NCBI GenBank assembly: GCA_038252305.1
Contig: JBBSAL010000019.1
Span: 1,156 to 65,155, forward strand
Length of the DNA stretch: 64,000 bases
Reading direction: 5' to 3'
Source of the DNA: Actinomycetales bacterium
Lineage (GTDB): Bacteria; Actinomycetota; Actinomycetes; Actinomycetales; Cellulomonadaceae
Shown one piece after another: positions 29,231-39,448 of this stretch. Under the pieces are notes generated by a model. That model worked only from the letters and a program-made list of their open reading frames with translations, did not search any database and had not been told where the DNA came from. Every line of letters starts with the position of its first letter. Position 1 is the stretch's first letter. Both the position numbers and the translations under genes were made by a program.

Positions 29231-30635
29231 CAGACGCGTCGCCCGGAGCTCCGGGCGACCGCTGGCCTCGGCCCTCCTCCGGCGCCTCGTCCTCCCCCTG
29301 GTCGCCGTCTTCCTCTGTTTCGTCGGCCCGTTGGCGACTCTCGTGGTCCGCGAGGCGCGCCACGACGTCGTCGAGAGCGTCCAGGACCGAGCCGAGGTCA
29401 TCGCCCTGCTGGCGTCTCGGACCGACCTCACCGATCCCTCGCGAGCCGGCGTGGTCCTGAGTCCCGACGCGGGCAGCCCTGGCGAGATGGCGGGTCTCCT
29501 CGACAGCGACCGTCACCAGATCGCAGGTCCCGTGCTGCCGGCGGGCACAGCGGACGCCGCAGCGGTGCGGCGCGCCGTGACCGGTGTGGCCACGGCTCAG
29601 ATCGATCCGGAGCTCGGGCTGGCGATCGGCGCGGTACCGGTCCGAGGTCCGGCCGGGGTCAGCGCCGTGAGCGTCGTCACCGTGCCGGCAGGGGTGGTCA
29701 GCACGCGCTATCTCGCCGTTCTCGGAGCACTGGGGCTCCTCTCGGCGGCAATCCTCGTCGCGGCGATCCTGGTCGGACGGTCCTTCGCCCGCACGATCGT
29801 GGAACCGGTGCGGTCCCTCGACACCATGGCACGACGAATGTCCGAAGGCGACCTCGAGGCGAGGGCCTCCGTCGGACAGGCACCTCCCGAGCTGCGCCGA
29901 CTTGCCGAGACCCTGAACAGGAGCGCTGCCGACCTCCAGCGCCTGCTGCGGCTCGAGCACGCCTTCGCGGCCGATGCGTCCCACCAGCTGCGCACCCCGC
30001 TCGCCGCGTTGCGGCTCCGGCTCGAGAACCTCGAGCTGGCGGGCGCGGACCCGAGCGGCGCGATGGAGGCGGCGCTGTTGGAGGTGGACAGGCTCACGAC
30101 GATCGTCAACGCACTGCTCGACCGGGCACGGACAGGGAACAGGGTGTCGACGCCCGTCCTGACCGACGTGGCGTCGACGGTGACCGCCCGAGCCGCCGCC
30201 TGGGAGCTGGTCTCGCAGTCGGCCCAGGTCGAGATCCGCTGCACCGTGCCCGCCGCAGCAGTCGCGTGGTTCGTCCCCGAGGGGCTCGCGCAGGTCCTCG
30301 ACAACCTGGTCTCCAACGCCGTGCGCGCCTCACCTGAAGGAGGTGCGATCGATGTCGAGGTGACCGCCGCGCCGGACGCGATCACCGTGCAGGTCCTCGA
30401 TCGAGGGCCGGGGATGGGCCCGGTCGAGCGGGCCAAGGCCTTCCGTCGCTTCTGGCGTGGACCGGGCGCTGCCGACGACGGCGGTACCGGCCTCGGCCTG
30501 GCGATCGCTGCCGAGCTGGTGCGTGCGAGCGGCGGAACGATCGACCTGCTCGAGCGACCAGGCGGAGGCCTCGTCGCCCAGGTGCGCCTGCCGTCGGCGA
30601 GCAGCGGCCCACGGGTGGCTCCCCGTCACGAGTGA
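29211..30635 (+). CDS. HAMP-domain sensor histidine kinase
   Basis: H-box ASHQLRTPL, N-box NLVSNA, and G-boxes DRGPG and GTGLGLAI. Confidence 0.9.
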   Translation: MPPRSPDRRVARSSGRPLASALLRRLVLPLVAVFLCFVGPLATLVVREARHDVVESVQDRAEVIALLASRTDLTDPSRAGVVLSPDAGSPGEMAGLLDSDRHQIAGPVLPAGTADAAAVRRAVTGVATAQIDPELGLAIGAVPVRGPAGVSAVSVVTVPAGVVSTRYLAVLGALGLLSAAILVAAILVGRSFARTIVEPVRSLDTMARRMSEGDLEARASVGQAPPELRRLAETLNRSAADLQRLLRLEHAFAADASHQLRTPLAALRLRLENLELAGADPSGAMEAALLEVDRLTTIVNALLDRARTGNRVSTPVLTDVASTVTARAAAWELVSQSAQVEIRCTVPAAAVAWFVPEGLAQVLDNLVSNAVRASPEGGAIDVEVTAAPDAITVQVLDRGPGMGPVERAKAFRRFWRGPGAADDGGTGLGLAIAAELVRASGGTIDLLERPGGGLVAQVRLPSASSGPRVAPRHE

Positions 30636-30824
30636 CGCGGGCGGACACGGAGCGGGTACCGGCGAGCCGACGGACGGTCTCGCGCGGCCGGGAAGTCCAG
30701 GAGTTGTCCGAGCCCTTCCCTGGTCCGGTCGGTGACCTGCCCGGCCGGTTCCCGGCGCCTTCGTACGGTCGAGAGGTCGGATCACTCAGGTCCCGCCCTC
30801 GGCGGCATCACGAAGGAGCACCTC

Positions 30825-31409
30825 ATGGCCACACCCTCGACGTCCGTGGCACGGACCGCGCAGCCCGCGGTCATGATCGAGAACGACATGGTCACGCATG
30901 TCGGCGCGCGGCGCGTGATGGCCGCGAGCCGGCTCGCCGTCGGCTTTATCTTCCTCTGGGCGTTCCTCGACAAGACCTTCGGCCTGCACCACAGCACCGG
31001 TGCCCCCGTCACCACGGGTTCGCCCAGCCTGTCCTGGCTGAACGGCGGGTCGCCGAGCCAGGGGTTCCTCCTGCACGGCACGTCCGGCCCGTTCACCACC
31101 TTCTTCGCCGACATCGCGAGCCCGGCCAGTGACTGGCTCTTCATGCTCTGCATGCTCGGTGTCGGTGTCGCTGTGATGCTCGGCATCGGCCTGCGGGTCT
31201 CAGCGGTCGCGGGTTCGCTGATGATGCTGCTGATGTGGACGGCGGAGTGGCCCTTCGTCCAGGGCACCACCAACCCGCTGGTCGACTACCACATCGTGTA
31301 CGGCCTCGCCCTCGTGACGTTCGCGCTGACCCTCGCTGGCGACACCTGGGGCCTCGGGCGCAGCTGGGCGCAGCTCGAGATGGTCCGCAAGCACCCGTGG
31401 CTGCGCTGA
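30825..31409 (+). CDS. DoxX/DoxD-family membrane protein
   Basis: Motifs RLAVGFIFLWAFLDK, WLNGGSP and NPLVDYH. RBS AAGGAG. Confidence 0.82.
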   Translation: MATPSTSVARTAQPAVMIENDMVTHVGARRVMAASRLAVGFIFLWAFLDKTFGLHHSTGAPVTTGSPSLSWLNGGSPSQGFLLHGTSGPFTTFFADIASPASDWLFMLCMLGVGVAVMLGIGLRVSAVAGSLMMLLMWTAEWPFVQGTTNPLVDYHIVYGLALVTFALTLAGDTWGLGRSWAQLEMVRKHPWLR

Positions 31410-31498
31410 CCCGTTCCACCACCTCGGCGGGGTGCGGGGCGCGACCCGCCTCGCACCCCGCGACCCGTCCGAAGCACACCGAGAGCGAGGAGCACATC

Positions 31499-33973
31499 GT
31501 GCGACCAGCCGCCGTCGAGGCCACCACCGTGACCGCCGAGCCGACCCCTGAGGGGGGCGGCATCGACCTTCGGTCGGCGCCCATGAAACAGGTCCGGACC
31601 CGGCTGGACGTCTCGCCCGCCGGCCTGACCGGCACCGAGGCTGCGTCACGACTCGCGTCCTACGGACCGAACGAGATCACCGAGAGGACGACCAACCCGC
31701 TGCTGACGTTCCTGCACTACTTCTGGGGCCCGATCCCCTGGATGATCGAGGTCGCCGTCGTCCTGTCCGGTGCCGTGGGGCACTGGGACGACTTCGCGAT
31801 CATCTTCGTGCTCCTGCTGGCCAACGGGGTCGTCGGCTTCGCCGAGGAGCGCCAGGCCGGCAACGCGATCGATGCCCTCAAGGCCAAGCTGGCGATCACC
31901 GCACGCGTCCAGCGGGACGGCACCTGGGGCGTGGTGCCGGCCCGCGAGCTGGTCCCGGGGGACGTGATCCGGCTCCGTCTGGGCGACATCGTCCCCGCCG
32001 ACGCGCGGCTGCTCGACGGCGATCCGATCGAGGTCGACCAGTCGGCGCTGACCGGCGAGTCCCTGCCCGCCACCTGCGAGCCCGGTGCCGCGGTCTACTC
32101 CGGTTCCATCGTGCGTCGGGGCGAGATCGGGGCGCTCGTCTACGCGACCGGCGGCCGCACCTACTTCGGCAAGACCGCTGAGCTCGTGCGCGACGTGCAC
32201 CAGGTGAGCCACTTCCAGCGCGCGGTCCTGCGGATCGGCAACTACCTCATCACCCTGGCGATCGTCCTGGTCACGATCATCGTCGTGGCATCCCTGCTCC
32301 GCGGCGACCCGGTGGTCACCACCCTGCAGTTCGCCCTGGTGCTCACGGTCGCGGCCATCCCGGTCGCCATGCCGACGGTGCTCTCGGTGACCATGGCCGT
32401 GGGTGCGCGCCTGCTGGCCAGGAAGCAAGCGGTCGTCAGCCGACTCGTCGCTGTCGAGGAGCTGGCGGGTGTGGACGTGCTGTGCGCCGACAAGACCGGC
32501 ACGCTGACCCAGAACAGCCTGACTCTTGGTGACCCCTACACGGTGACGGGCACCACCGCCGAGGAGCTGATCGTGGCCGGCGCGCTGGCGTCACGCGCAG
32601 AGAACGACGACCCGATCGACCTGGCCGTCCTCGGCGGCCTTCCCTCGCCCGATGCTCTGCACGGGTACCAGGTCACCCACTTCGAACCCTTCGACCCGGT
32701 GCACAAGCGGACCGAGGCGATCGTCACCGGGCCGGACGCAGTGGTCATCACGGTGACGAAGGGTGCGCCCCAGGTGATCACCGCGCTCGTGGCACCCCCT
32801 GCGGCGGTCGCCCGGGCCGTGGACGTGGCAGTCCAGGACTTCGCCGTTCGCGGCTTCCGATCCCTCGGGGTCGCCAAGCGCGTCGGCGACGGTCCCTGGC
32901 TGCTGCTCGGTGTGCTCCCCCTGTTCGACCCGCCGCGCGAGGACGCGAGCACGACCATCGCGACCGCGCGGACCATGGGCGTGAGCGTGAAGATGGTGAC
33001 CGGAGACGCCCTCGCCATCGCCAAGGAGACCGCGACCAAGGTCGGGCTGGGCGCGAACCTCCTCGACGCGAGCGACCTCGGCGACTCGACGAAGACCGAG
33101 TCCGCGACGGTGTCCGCCTCGATCGAGTCGGTCGACGGGTTCGCCCAGGTCTTCCCCGAGCACAAGTTCCACATCGTCGACGTCCTGCAGGGACGAGGGC
33201 ACATCGTCGGGATGACCGGCGACGGGGTCAACGACGCACCGGCCCTGAAGAAGGCCGACTGCGGGATCGCGGTCTCCGGAGCCACCGATGCCGCGCGCGC
33301 TGCGGCCGACATCGTGCTGCTGGCTCCCGGGCTCTCGGTGATCATCGACGCGATCAAGGAGAGTCGCCGGATCTTCCAGCGGATGAACAGCTACGCGATG
33401 TACCGCATCGCCGAGACGCTGCGCGTCCTGCTCCTGATGACCATCGCGATCCTGTTCTTCAACTTCTACCCGGTGACCGCGATCATGATCGTGATGCTCG
33501 CGCTGCTCAACGACGGCGCGATCCTGTCGATCGCCTACGACCACGTGCAGTACACGAACGCGCCGGAGGCGTGGGACATGCGTCGCGTCCTGAGCATCGC
33601 GACCGTCCTCGGCGTCGTCGGGCCGATCGCCGCGTTCGGGCTGTTCTTCCTCGGCGACCGAGTCTTCGACCTGCCGCACCCCCAGCTGCAGACGCTGATG
33701 TACCTGCTCCTGTCCGTGGCCGGCCACCTGACGATCTTCCTGACCCGCACCCGCGGACCGTTCTGGTCCATCCGGCCGGCCAGGGTGCTCCTGCTCGCCG
33801 TCGTCGGGACGCAGGTGCTTGCGACCCTCATCGCCGTCTACGGGGTCTTCATGACGCCGTTGGGCTGGGGCTGGGCCGGCTTCGTGTGGGCGTACGCACT
33901 GGTGTGGGCGCTGCTCAGCGACCGCATCAAGCTCCTGGCATACCGCGTGCTCGACCGACGCGCGCGCACCTGA
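31499..33973 (+). CDS. P-type ATPase, plasma-membrane proton-efflux (P3A) type
   Basis: Motifs YGPNEI, FWGPIPWMIE, TGES, IPVAMP, DKTGTLT, MTGDGVNDAPALKKAD, YRIAET and LNDG (the TM6 Asp of H+-pumps). Confidence 0.92.
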   Translation: MRPAAVEATTVTAEPTPEGGGIDLRSAPMKQVRTRLDVSPAGLTGTEAASRLASYGPNEITERTTNPLLTFLHYFWGPIPWMIEVAVVLSGAVGHWDDFAIIFVLLLANGVVGFAEERQAGNAIDALKAKLAITARVQRDGTWGVVPARELVPGDVIRLRLGDIVPADARLLDGDPIEVDQSALTGESLPATCEPGAAVYSGSIVRRGEIGALVYATGGRTYFGKTAELVRDVHQVSHFQRAVLRIGNYLITLAIVLVTIIVVASLLRGDPVVTTLQFALVLTVAAIPVAMPTVLSVTMAVGARLLARKQAVVSRLVAVEELAGVDVLCADKTGTLTQNSLTLGDPYTVTGTTAEELIVAGALASRAENDDPIDLAVLGGLPSPDALHGYQVTHFEPFDPVHKRTEAIVTGPDAVVITVTKGAPQVITALVAPPAAVARAVDVAVQDFAVRGFRSLGVAKRVGDGPWLLLGVLPLFDPPREDASTTIATARTMGVSVKMVTGDALAIAKETATKVGLGANLLDASDLGDSTKTESATVSASIESVDGFAQVFPEHKFHIVDVLQGRGHIVGMTGDGVNDAPALKKADCGIAVSGATDAARAAADIVLLAPGLSVIIDAIKESRRIFQRMNSYAMYRIAETLRVLLLMTIAILFFNFYPVTAIMIVMLALLNDGAILSIAYDHVQYTNAPEAWDMRRVLSIATVLGVVGPIAAFGLFFLGDRVFDLPHPQLQTLMYLLLSVAGHLTIFLTRTRGPFWSIRPARVLLLAVVGTQVLATLIAVYGVFMTPLGWGWAGFVWAYALVWALLSDRIKLLAYRVLDRRART

Positions 33974-34329
33974 CGGATCAGCGGAAGCGGCCAGGCGGTC
34001 GCGTGCTGACGCTCGACGGCTCCTCCCCGGTCCATCGTCCCCTCGTACGCTCAGCTGAGAGGGGCGCCCCCACCCTGGCGGGTCCCCCGCCTGTCGACGA
34101 CGGTAAGGCTGACCACATCGGCACTCGCACGGCGGAACGCCCGCGTCGTCTCCGATGCCCTCGTCCTGATGCCGGCGACCCTGCGTTGCGGCCGCAGACG
34201 TCACACCTGGCCGAGGAGCCCTGACATCGGTCCGTTACCAAGAGTTCACCTGCGCGTGGCCCATCCGTCCACGGTTGACCTCTACAGTGGCCGCATCGTC
34301 CACACCTGGATCAACCGGAAGGCAGGTAG

Positions 34330-35040
34330 ATGCTGCAGCCCACCGTCGTCTTCGACTTCGACGGCACCATCGCCCTCGGGCACGGACCCGTGCTCGCCTA
34401 TGCACGCCACGTCGGCGCCCTCGCGGACGACCCCGGGCTGGTGGAGGACGCCCGCGCTGCACTGCAGAAGGTCGACGCCGGCGACGCGACCTACCGAGAC
34501 GGCTACGACGCGGTCCGTCAGGTGGCACTGTCCCACGCGGTGCCCGTCGAGGTGCTCGGGCGGGCCTACCTCGCCAGCCGCAGCGAGCTGGGCAGCGCGA
34601 CGGCGCCCGTCGAAGCGCCGGTCGGTCTTGGCGAGTTCCTCGCCGACCTGGCCCGCAGCGCCCAGCTGGTCCTGGCGACCAACGCCCCGGAGATCGGCGT
34701 CGACCACGTCCTGCAGCTGCTGGGCGCCGCCGACCACCTCGTCGAGCGGCACTTCTCGATCGGCAAGCCCGATGGCCTCGTCGCGATCCTGACCGACCAC
34801 CTCGCAGACGGCCCCGTGCTCGCCGTCGGCGACATCTGGGCGTACGACCTCGCTCCGGCCGCCGAGCTCGGCGCCGACACGGCCCTCGTCGGGTTCACCG
34901 CCCAGAGCGCCGATCCGAAGCCAACGATGAGTGGGACGACCCTCGCTGACCTCTACGGCGAGATCACGAACTGGGCCGCGTCAGCGGTGCCCGGACCGAC
35001 GGCGTCGCACGGCGCCGGCCACCCCCATGGAAAGGCATGA
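34330..35040 (+). CDS. HAD-family hydrolase (phosphatase)
   Basis: Motif I FDFDGT, TN, K and motif IV GDxxxxD. Confidence 0.8.
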   Translation: MLQPTVVFDFDGTIALGHGPVLAYARHVGALADDPGLVEDARAALQKVDAGDATYRDGYDAVRQVALSHAVPVEVLGRAYLASRSELGSATAPVEAPVGLGEFLADLARSAQLVLATNAPEIGVDHVLQLLGAADHLVERHFSIGKPDGLVAILTDHLADGPVLAVGDIWAYDLAPAAELGADTALVGFTAQSADPKPTMSGTTLADLYGEITNWAASAVPGPTASHGAGHPHGKA

Positions 35041-36080
35041 CTGACATGCGCAAGACACTCATGGTGCCGGGTCTCCTGGCCGTCGCCGCCTTCGCGTTGG
35101 CGGGTTGCAGCACGAGTGGTGGCGCGAGCACCACGAGCGGCACCTCCTCGGACACCCCCTCGGCGGCCGGGACCGCCGCCTGGCCGTCGTCGATCACCCT
35201 CGCGCTGATCCCCAACGAGCAGGTCAACGACCTCGTCACCTCCACCGCCCCGTTGACCGACTACCTGTCCAAGCAGCTTGGCATCACGGTCACCGGCGTC
35301 GTCACCAAGGACTACCAGGCCGCCGTCGAGGCTGTCTGCGCCGGCCAGGCCCAGATCGCCATCGCTGACGCCGGCTCGCTCGCGGCGGCCCAGGACCAGT
35401 GCGGCGCGTTCCCGGTCCTGCAGGACGTGCGCTACGGCGCCTCGTCGTACGCCTCGGAGTTCTTCACCAACATCGCCAATGCCGGCAAGTACTGCACCGA
35501 CACTCCGGTCGAGGCCACCTACGCGGCCAACGGTGAGAAGTACCTCTACTGCAACGGTGTCGCCGATGCCATCAAGAACACCGGCGTCGGGCCGGTCGCG
35601 GTCGACGCCCTGAAGAAGATCGCACCGGGAACCAAGGTCGCCTTCGGCAACACCACCTCGCCGGCCGGCTACCAGCTGCCCGTGCTGGCGCTGGAGAGCC
35701 AGGGGGTCAAGGTCGACAACCTCGACCAGGTGCCCGTGACCGGCAACGACAACCTGATCATGGCCGTCTACAACGGCGACGCCGAGGTCGGATTCGCCTA
35801 CTGGGACGCCCGCTCAGCGATCAAGACCTCCGAGGTTGCGGACATCGGTCAGAAAGTCGTGGTCTTCGGCCTGTCCCAGATGTACCCGAACGGCGGCGTC
35901 GTGATCGGCAAGGACGTGCCCAGCGACCTTCGTGAGAAGATCACGACCCTGATGGCAGGCTTCTCCAAGGTCGACCCCGACACGCTGAAGAACATCTTCG
36001 GCCAGACCGCGTGGGTGCCGGCCGACCCGGCAGCGATCGACGTGGCCCGCCAGGTCAACGCCCGCTTCTCCGGCAAGTGA
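35037..36080 (+). CDS. phnD: Phosphate/phosphite/phosphonate ABC substrate-binding lipoprotein
   Basis: Lipobox LAGC, DYQAAVEA and TSPAGY. Lies in an operon with phnC/phnE. Confidence 0.82.
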   Translation: MTDMRKTLMVPGLLAVAAFALAGCSTSGGASTTSGTSSDTPSAAGTAAWPSSITLALIPNEQVNDLVTSTAPLTDYLSKQLGITVTGVVTKDYQAAVEAVCAGQAQIAIADAGSLAAAQDQCGAFPVLQDVRYGASSYASEFFTNIANAGKYCTDTPVEATYAANGEKYLYCNGVADAIKNTGVGPVAVDALKKIAPGTKVAFGNTTSPAGYQLPVLALESQGVKVDNLDQVPVTGNDNLIMAVYNGDAEVGFAYWDARSAIKTSEVADIGQKVVVFGLSQMYPNGGVVIGKDVPSDLREKITTLMAGFSKVDPDTLKNIFGQTAWVPADPAAIDVARQVNARFSGK

Positions 36081-36089
36081 GCGACCCGC

Positions 36090-36914
36090 ATGCACGACGC
36101 GACCACTGACCCGGAGGCGGGGGCACCGTCCCCCGCCTCCGGGGCGTGGCCCATCCGGCTGACCGACGTCACGGTGCGCTACCCCAACGGTGTGATGGGT
36201 CTGCGGGGCGTTTCGCTGGCCGTCGAGCCGGGCGAGATGGTCTCCGTTGTCGGCTTGTCCGGCTCAGGCAAGTCGACCCTGATCCGCACCGTCAACTCGC
36301 TGGTGCCGGTCACCTCGGGCACCGTGCAGGTGGGGCCCTACACGGTCAACGAGCTGCGCGGCCGGCGGCTGCGCCAGGTCCGGGGAAGCATCGGGATGAT
36401 CTTCCAGGGCTTCAACCTCGCCGACCGCGCGAGCGTCTACCACAACGTGCTCGTCGGGCGCTTCTCGCACACCCCGACCTGGAAGACGCTGCTCGGCGTA
36501 GCCAGTCGCCAGGACCGCGAGATCGTGATGAGCGCACTGGACTCGGTGGGCATGCTCGAGAAGGTGTGGGGGCGGGCCGGGGCCCTCTCCGGCGGCCAGA
36601 AGCAGCGGGTCGCGATCGCCCGCGCGCTCACCCAGCAGCCTGAGGTCATGCTCGCGGACGAGCCCGTCGCGAGCCTCGACCCGCCGACCGCGCACACGGT
36701 GATGTCGGACCTGCGACGCATCAACACCGAGCGTGGCCTGACCGTGCTGGTCAACCTGCACGTGATGGACCTCGCCCGGCAGTACACGACGCGCATGATC
36801 GGCCTGCGCGCCGGTGAGGTCGTGTACGACGGGCCGGCCGCGTCGGCGACCGACGCCGACTTCGAGGCGATCTACGGCCGGTCGATCCAGACGCGCGACA
36901 TCGTGGGGCAGTGA
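36090..36914 (+). CDS. phnC: Phosphonate-type ABC ATP-binding protein
   Basis: Motifs [31 protein letters not shown] and NLH. Confidence 0.92.
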   Translation: MHDATTDPEAGAPSPASGAWPIRLTDVTVRYPNGVMGLRGVSLAVEPGEMVSVVGLSGSGKSTLIRTVNSLVPVTSGTVQVGPYTVNELRGRRLRQVRGSIGMIFQGFNLADRASVYHNVLVGRFSHTPTWKTLLGVASRQDREIVMSALDSVGMLEKVWGRAGALSGGQKQRVAIARALTQQPEVMLADEPVASLDPPTAHTVMSDLRRINTERGLTVLVNLHVMDLARQYTTRMIGLRAGEVVYDGPAASATDADFEAIYGRSIQTRDIVGQ

Positions 36915-37711
36915 GCGTGAGCCAGCTGTCGGTGCCGGTCCGCCCTCGCACCTGGCCGCGCGTCGCCGCGGTCGTCGGTGTGATCGTCGTGATCACGCTG
37001 CTGACGACGTCGCCCGCGCTCGGTGGGGTGCACATCGACCTGGGTGCGATCGCGCGCAACTGGTCCAACGGTTCACAACGCATCGCGAAGCTCTTCCACC
37101 CCGACCCGTCGATCCTGCCGCGCACCTGGAAGCCGTTGCTCGAGACGCTCGAGATGGCGGTGATCGGCGCGGCGCTCTCCGCTCTGCTCGCCCTGCCGCT
37201 GTCCCTGTGGGCCGCTCGCCCCACCAACCCGAGCCCGAGCCGCGCCGCTGTTCGCGCGGTGCTCAACGTGATCCGGGCCGTCCCTGACCTGGTGTACGCG
37301 ACCATCCTGGTCGCGATGGTCGGCGTCGGCGCGCTGCCGGGCGTGATCACGCTCGTGCTCTTCGACCTCGGCATCGTGGTCAAGCTCGTCTCGGAGTCCA
37401 TCGACTCGGCCGACGCGTCGTACATGGAGGCCGGTCGCGCGGCCGGTGGCACGCAGAGCCAGATCAACCGGCTCACGGCGCTCCCGCAGACCTGGCCCGT
37501 CTACGCCAGCCAGGTGCTGTACTCCCTCGAGCTCAACGTACGAGTCTCCTCGATCCTCGGCCTGGTCGGCGCCGGAGGGCTCGGCCGGTTGATCGACGAG
37601 GTTCGTGGCTTCTACCGCTACGGCGCCCTTTCCATGATCATCCTGGAGATCCTCGTGGTGGTCATCGCGATCGAGGTCGCCTCGAACTACCTGCGCAAGA
37701 GGCTGCGATGA
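36911..37711 (+). CDS. phnE: Phosphonate-type ABC permease
   Basis: Motifs ETLEMA, RAVPDL and [19 protein letters not shown]. Confidence 0.9.
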   Translation: MSVSQLSVPVRPRTWPRVAAVVGVIVVITLLTTSPALGGVHIDLGAIARNWSNGSQRIAKLFHPDPSILPRTWKPLLETLEMAVIGAALSALLALPLSLWAARPTNPSPSRAAVRAVLNVIRAVPDLVYATILVAMVGVGALPGVITLVLFDLGIVVKLVSESIDSADASYMEAGRAAGGTQSQINRLTALPQTWPVYASQVLYSLELNVRVSSILGLVGAGGLGRLIDEVRGFYRYGALSMIILEILVVVIAIEVASNYLRKRLR

Positions 37712-38541
37712 CGGCCGAAGCACCCGCCATGGCACGGCTTCCCCGGCGCGCGAACCCCGTCGGCGTGCGCGCGGCGCAGCTCCTGGTCAGCGCTGTCGTG
37801 CTGGCGGCGGCGCTGCACCTGAAGATCAGCTGGTCGTCCCTCGCCGAGCTGCCCAGCGACCTTCGTCACTATCTCGGCCTGATGTTCTCCAGCCCGAACT
37901 GGAGCCGGCTGCCGGCCGCGCTCTACCAGACGTGGGTCTCTGTCTCGATGGCTTGGGTTGGCGCCGTTCTCGGCGTGGTCCTGTCCACGGTGCTGGGCAT
38001 CCCGGCCGCCGCCGGGGTGAGCCCGCTGTGGGTGCGGCTGGCTCTGCGCGGCGTGTTCGCCGTGCTGCGCGCGGTGCCCGAGGTGATCATCGCGATCATC
38101 ATCCTCACCGTGACGGGTCTCACCCCGTTCACCGGCGCTCTCGCTCTGGCCATCGGTGGCATCGGCACGCACGGCAAGTGGACGTACGAGACGATCGAAG
38201 CTGTCCCCGGCGGCACCGCAGAGGCCGTGAGCGCAGCCGGCGGCAACCTGCTCGAGGTCGCCCGCTGGGGTCTGTGGACGGTCGCTGCGCCCGAGCTGAT
38301 GTCGCTCGCGCTGTACCGGTTCGAGATCAACGTGCGCACCTCGGCGATCCTCGGACTGATCGGCGTCGGCGGCGTCGGCGACCTGCTGACCGGGTACACC
38401 CAGTACCGTCAGTGGGACAGCGTCGGGGTGCTCATCATCGTGGTGATCGCGGTCACGATGACCATTGACGCGATCTCCGGCACGATCCGCCGGCGCATCA
38501 TGAGAGGGGCGCGTGCTCGTGACGTGGACCGGACCAGCTGA
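37708..38541 (+). CDS. phnE: Phosphonate-type ABC permease (second copy)
   Basis: Motifs RAVPE and FEINVRTSAILGLIGVGGVG. Confidence 0.9.
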   Translation: MTAEAPAMARLPRRANPVGVRAAQLLVSAVVLAAALHLKISWSSLAELPSDLRHYLGLMFSSPNWSRLPAALYQTWVSVSMAWVGAVLGVVLSTVLGIPAAAGVSPLWVRLALRGVFAVLRAVPEVIIAIIILTVTGLTPFTGALALAIGGIGTHGKWTYETIEAVPGGTAEAVSAAGGNLLEVARWGLWTVAAPELMSLALYRFEINVRTSAILGLIGVGGVGDLLTGYTQYRQWDSVGVLIIVVIAVTMTIDAISGTIRRRIMRGARARDVDRTS

Positions 38542-39382
38542 CGCGCCGCCGTCGGTTCGCATCGCCACTCTCGCACCGTCGCTGCAGCCGAGCGAGCGAC
38601 GTGCGGCAGACGCGATCGCGGCAGACCCGGAGGGCTCGGTGGAGTACACGGCGCAACAGCTGGCCGACCTGGTCGGCGTGGGCAGGGCCTCGGTGATCCG
38701 CATGGCGCAGACCCTGGGGTACGAGGGCTACCCGCAGCTGCGCGTCGCGCTGGCCCGTGAGCCGGCGTTCGCACCGGGCCAGCATCCCAAGGCCGGGGAC
38801 GGCACCGCCGTGGGTGCCCTGCGTGCCGGGATCGACACGTTCGGACGCAGCCTGCCGCGCATCACCGCGGCGCTGACCGATGAGGCGGTCGTGGAGTTCG
38901 TCACCGCGCTCGACGAGGCCGACCGGGTCGTGATCGCCGCGAACGGGCTCTCTGCACCGCTCGGCCTGGACGCTGCCATGCGGCTCGGTGCGGCCGGTCG
39001 CCCCGCGGAGTACATGCCGGACACGCTCGCTCAGCAGATCGCTGCCCGACAGCTGTCGGTGCGCTCGGTGTGCTTGGCCCTCTCCGGCTCCGGGGCGAGC
39101 CGACCGACTCTTCAGGTGGCATCTGCGGCCCGGGACGCGGGTGCGCGCGTGCTGGCCCTGACCTCGTTCGCCAACGCCCCCCTGGTCTCCCTGGCGACCA
39201 CCGCACTGATCATCCCGCCGGTCACCGCGTCCTTCCGCGACGAGCTGGTGCACACCTCGCGGGCGGCGCTCGCCCTGGTCAGCGAACAGCTCGTGGAGCT
39301 GCTGGTCGAGCACCGTGGTGAACGCACGGCTGCCGCCCGCGCCGCGGTGCTGGCCGTGCTCGGGCAGACCCTCGGCGAGTAG
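38513..39382 (+). CDS. RpiR/MurR-family regulator (HTH plus SIS domain)
   Basis: Motifs SERRAAD, ASVIRMAQTLGYEGY and LSGSG. Confidence 0.88.
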   Translation: MLVTWTGPADAPPSVRIATLAPSLQPSERRAADAIAADPEGSVEYTAQQLADLVGVGRASVIRMAQTLGYEGYPQLRVALAREPAFAPGQHPKAGDGTAVGALRAGIDTFGRSLPRITAALTDEAVVEFVTALDEADRVVIAANGLSAPLGLDAAMRLGAAGRPAEYMPDTLAQQIAARQLSVRSVCLALSGSGASRPTLQVASAARDAGARVLALTSFANAPLVSLATTALIIPPVTASFRDELVHTSRAALALVSEQLVELLVEHRGERTAAARAAVLAVLGQTLGE

Positions 39383-39448
39383 CCGAGCGAGCCGTGCAGA
39401 GTGGCCTCGACCTGCCCAGCGCGCTGCCCAGCGCGCGCTGCGCGACGA

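Noticed and set aside
34234-34305. PHO box upstream of the HAD-phn operon
   Set aside because: Only one clear GTTCACC is present. The other half-sites do not keep the 11-nt period.
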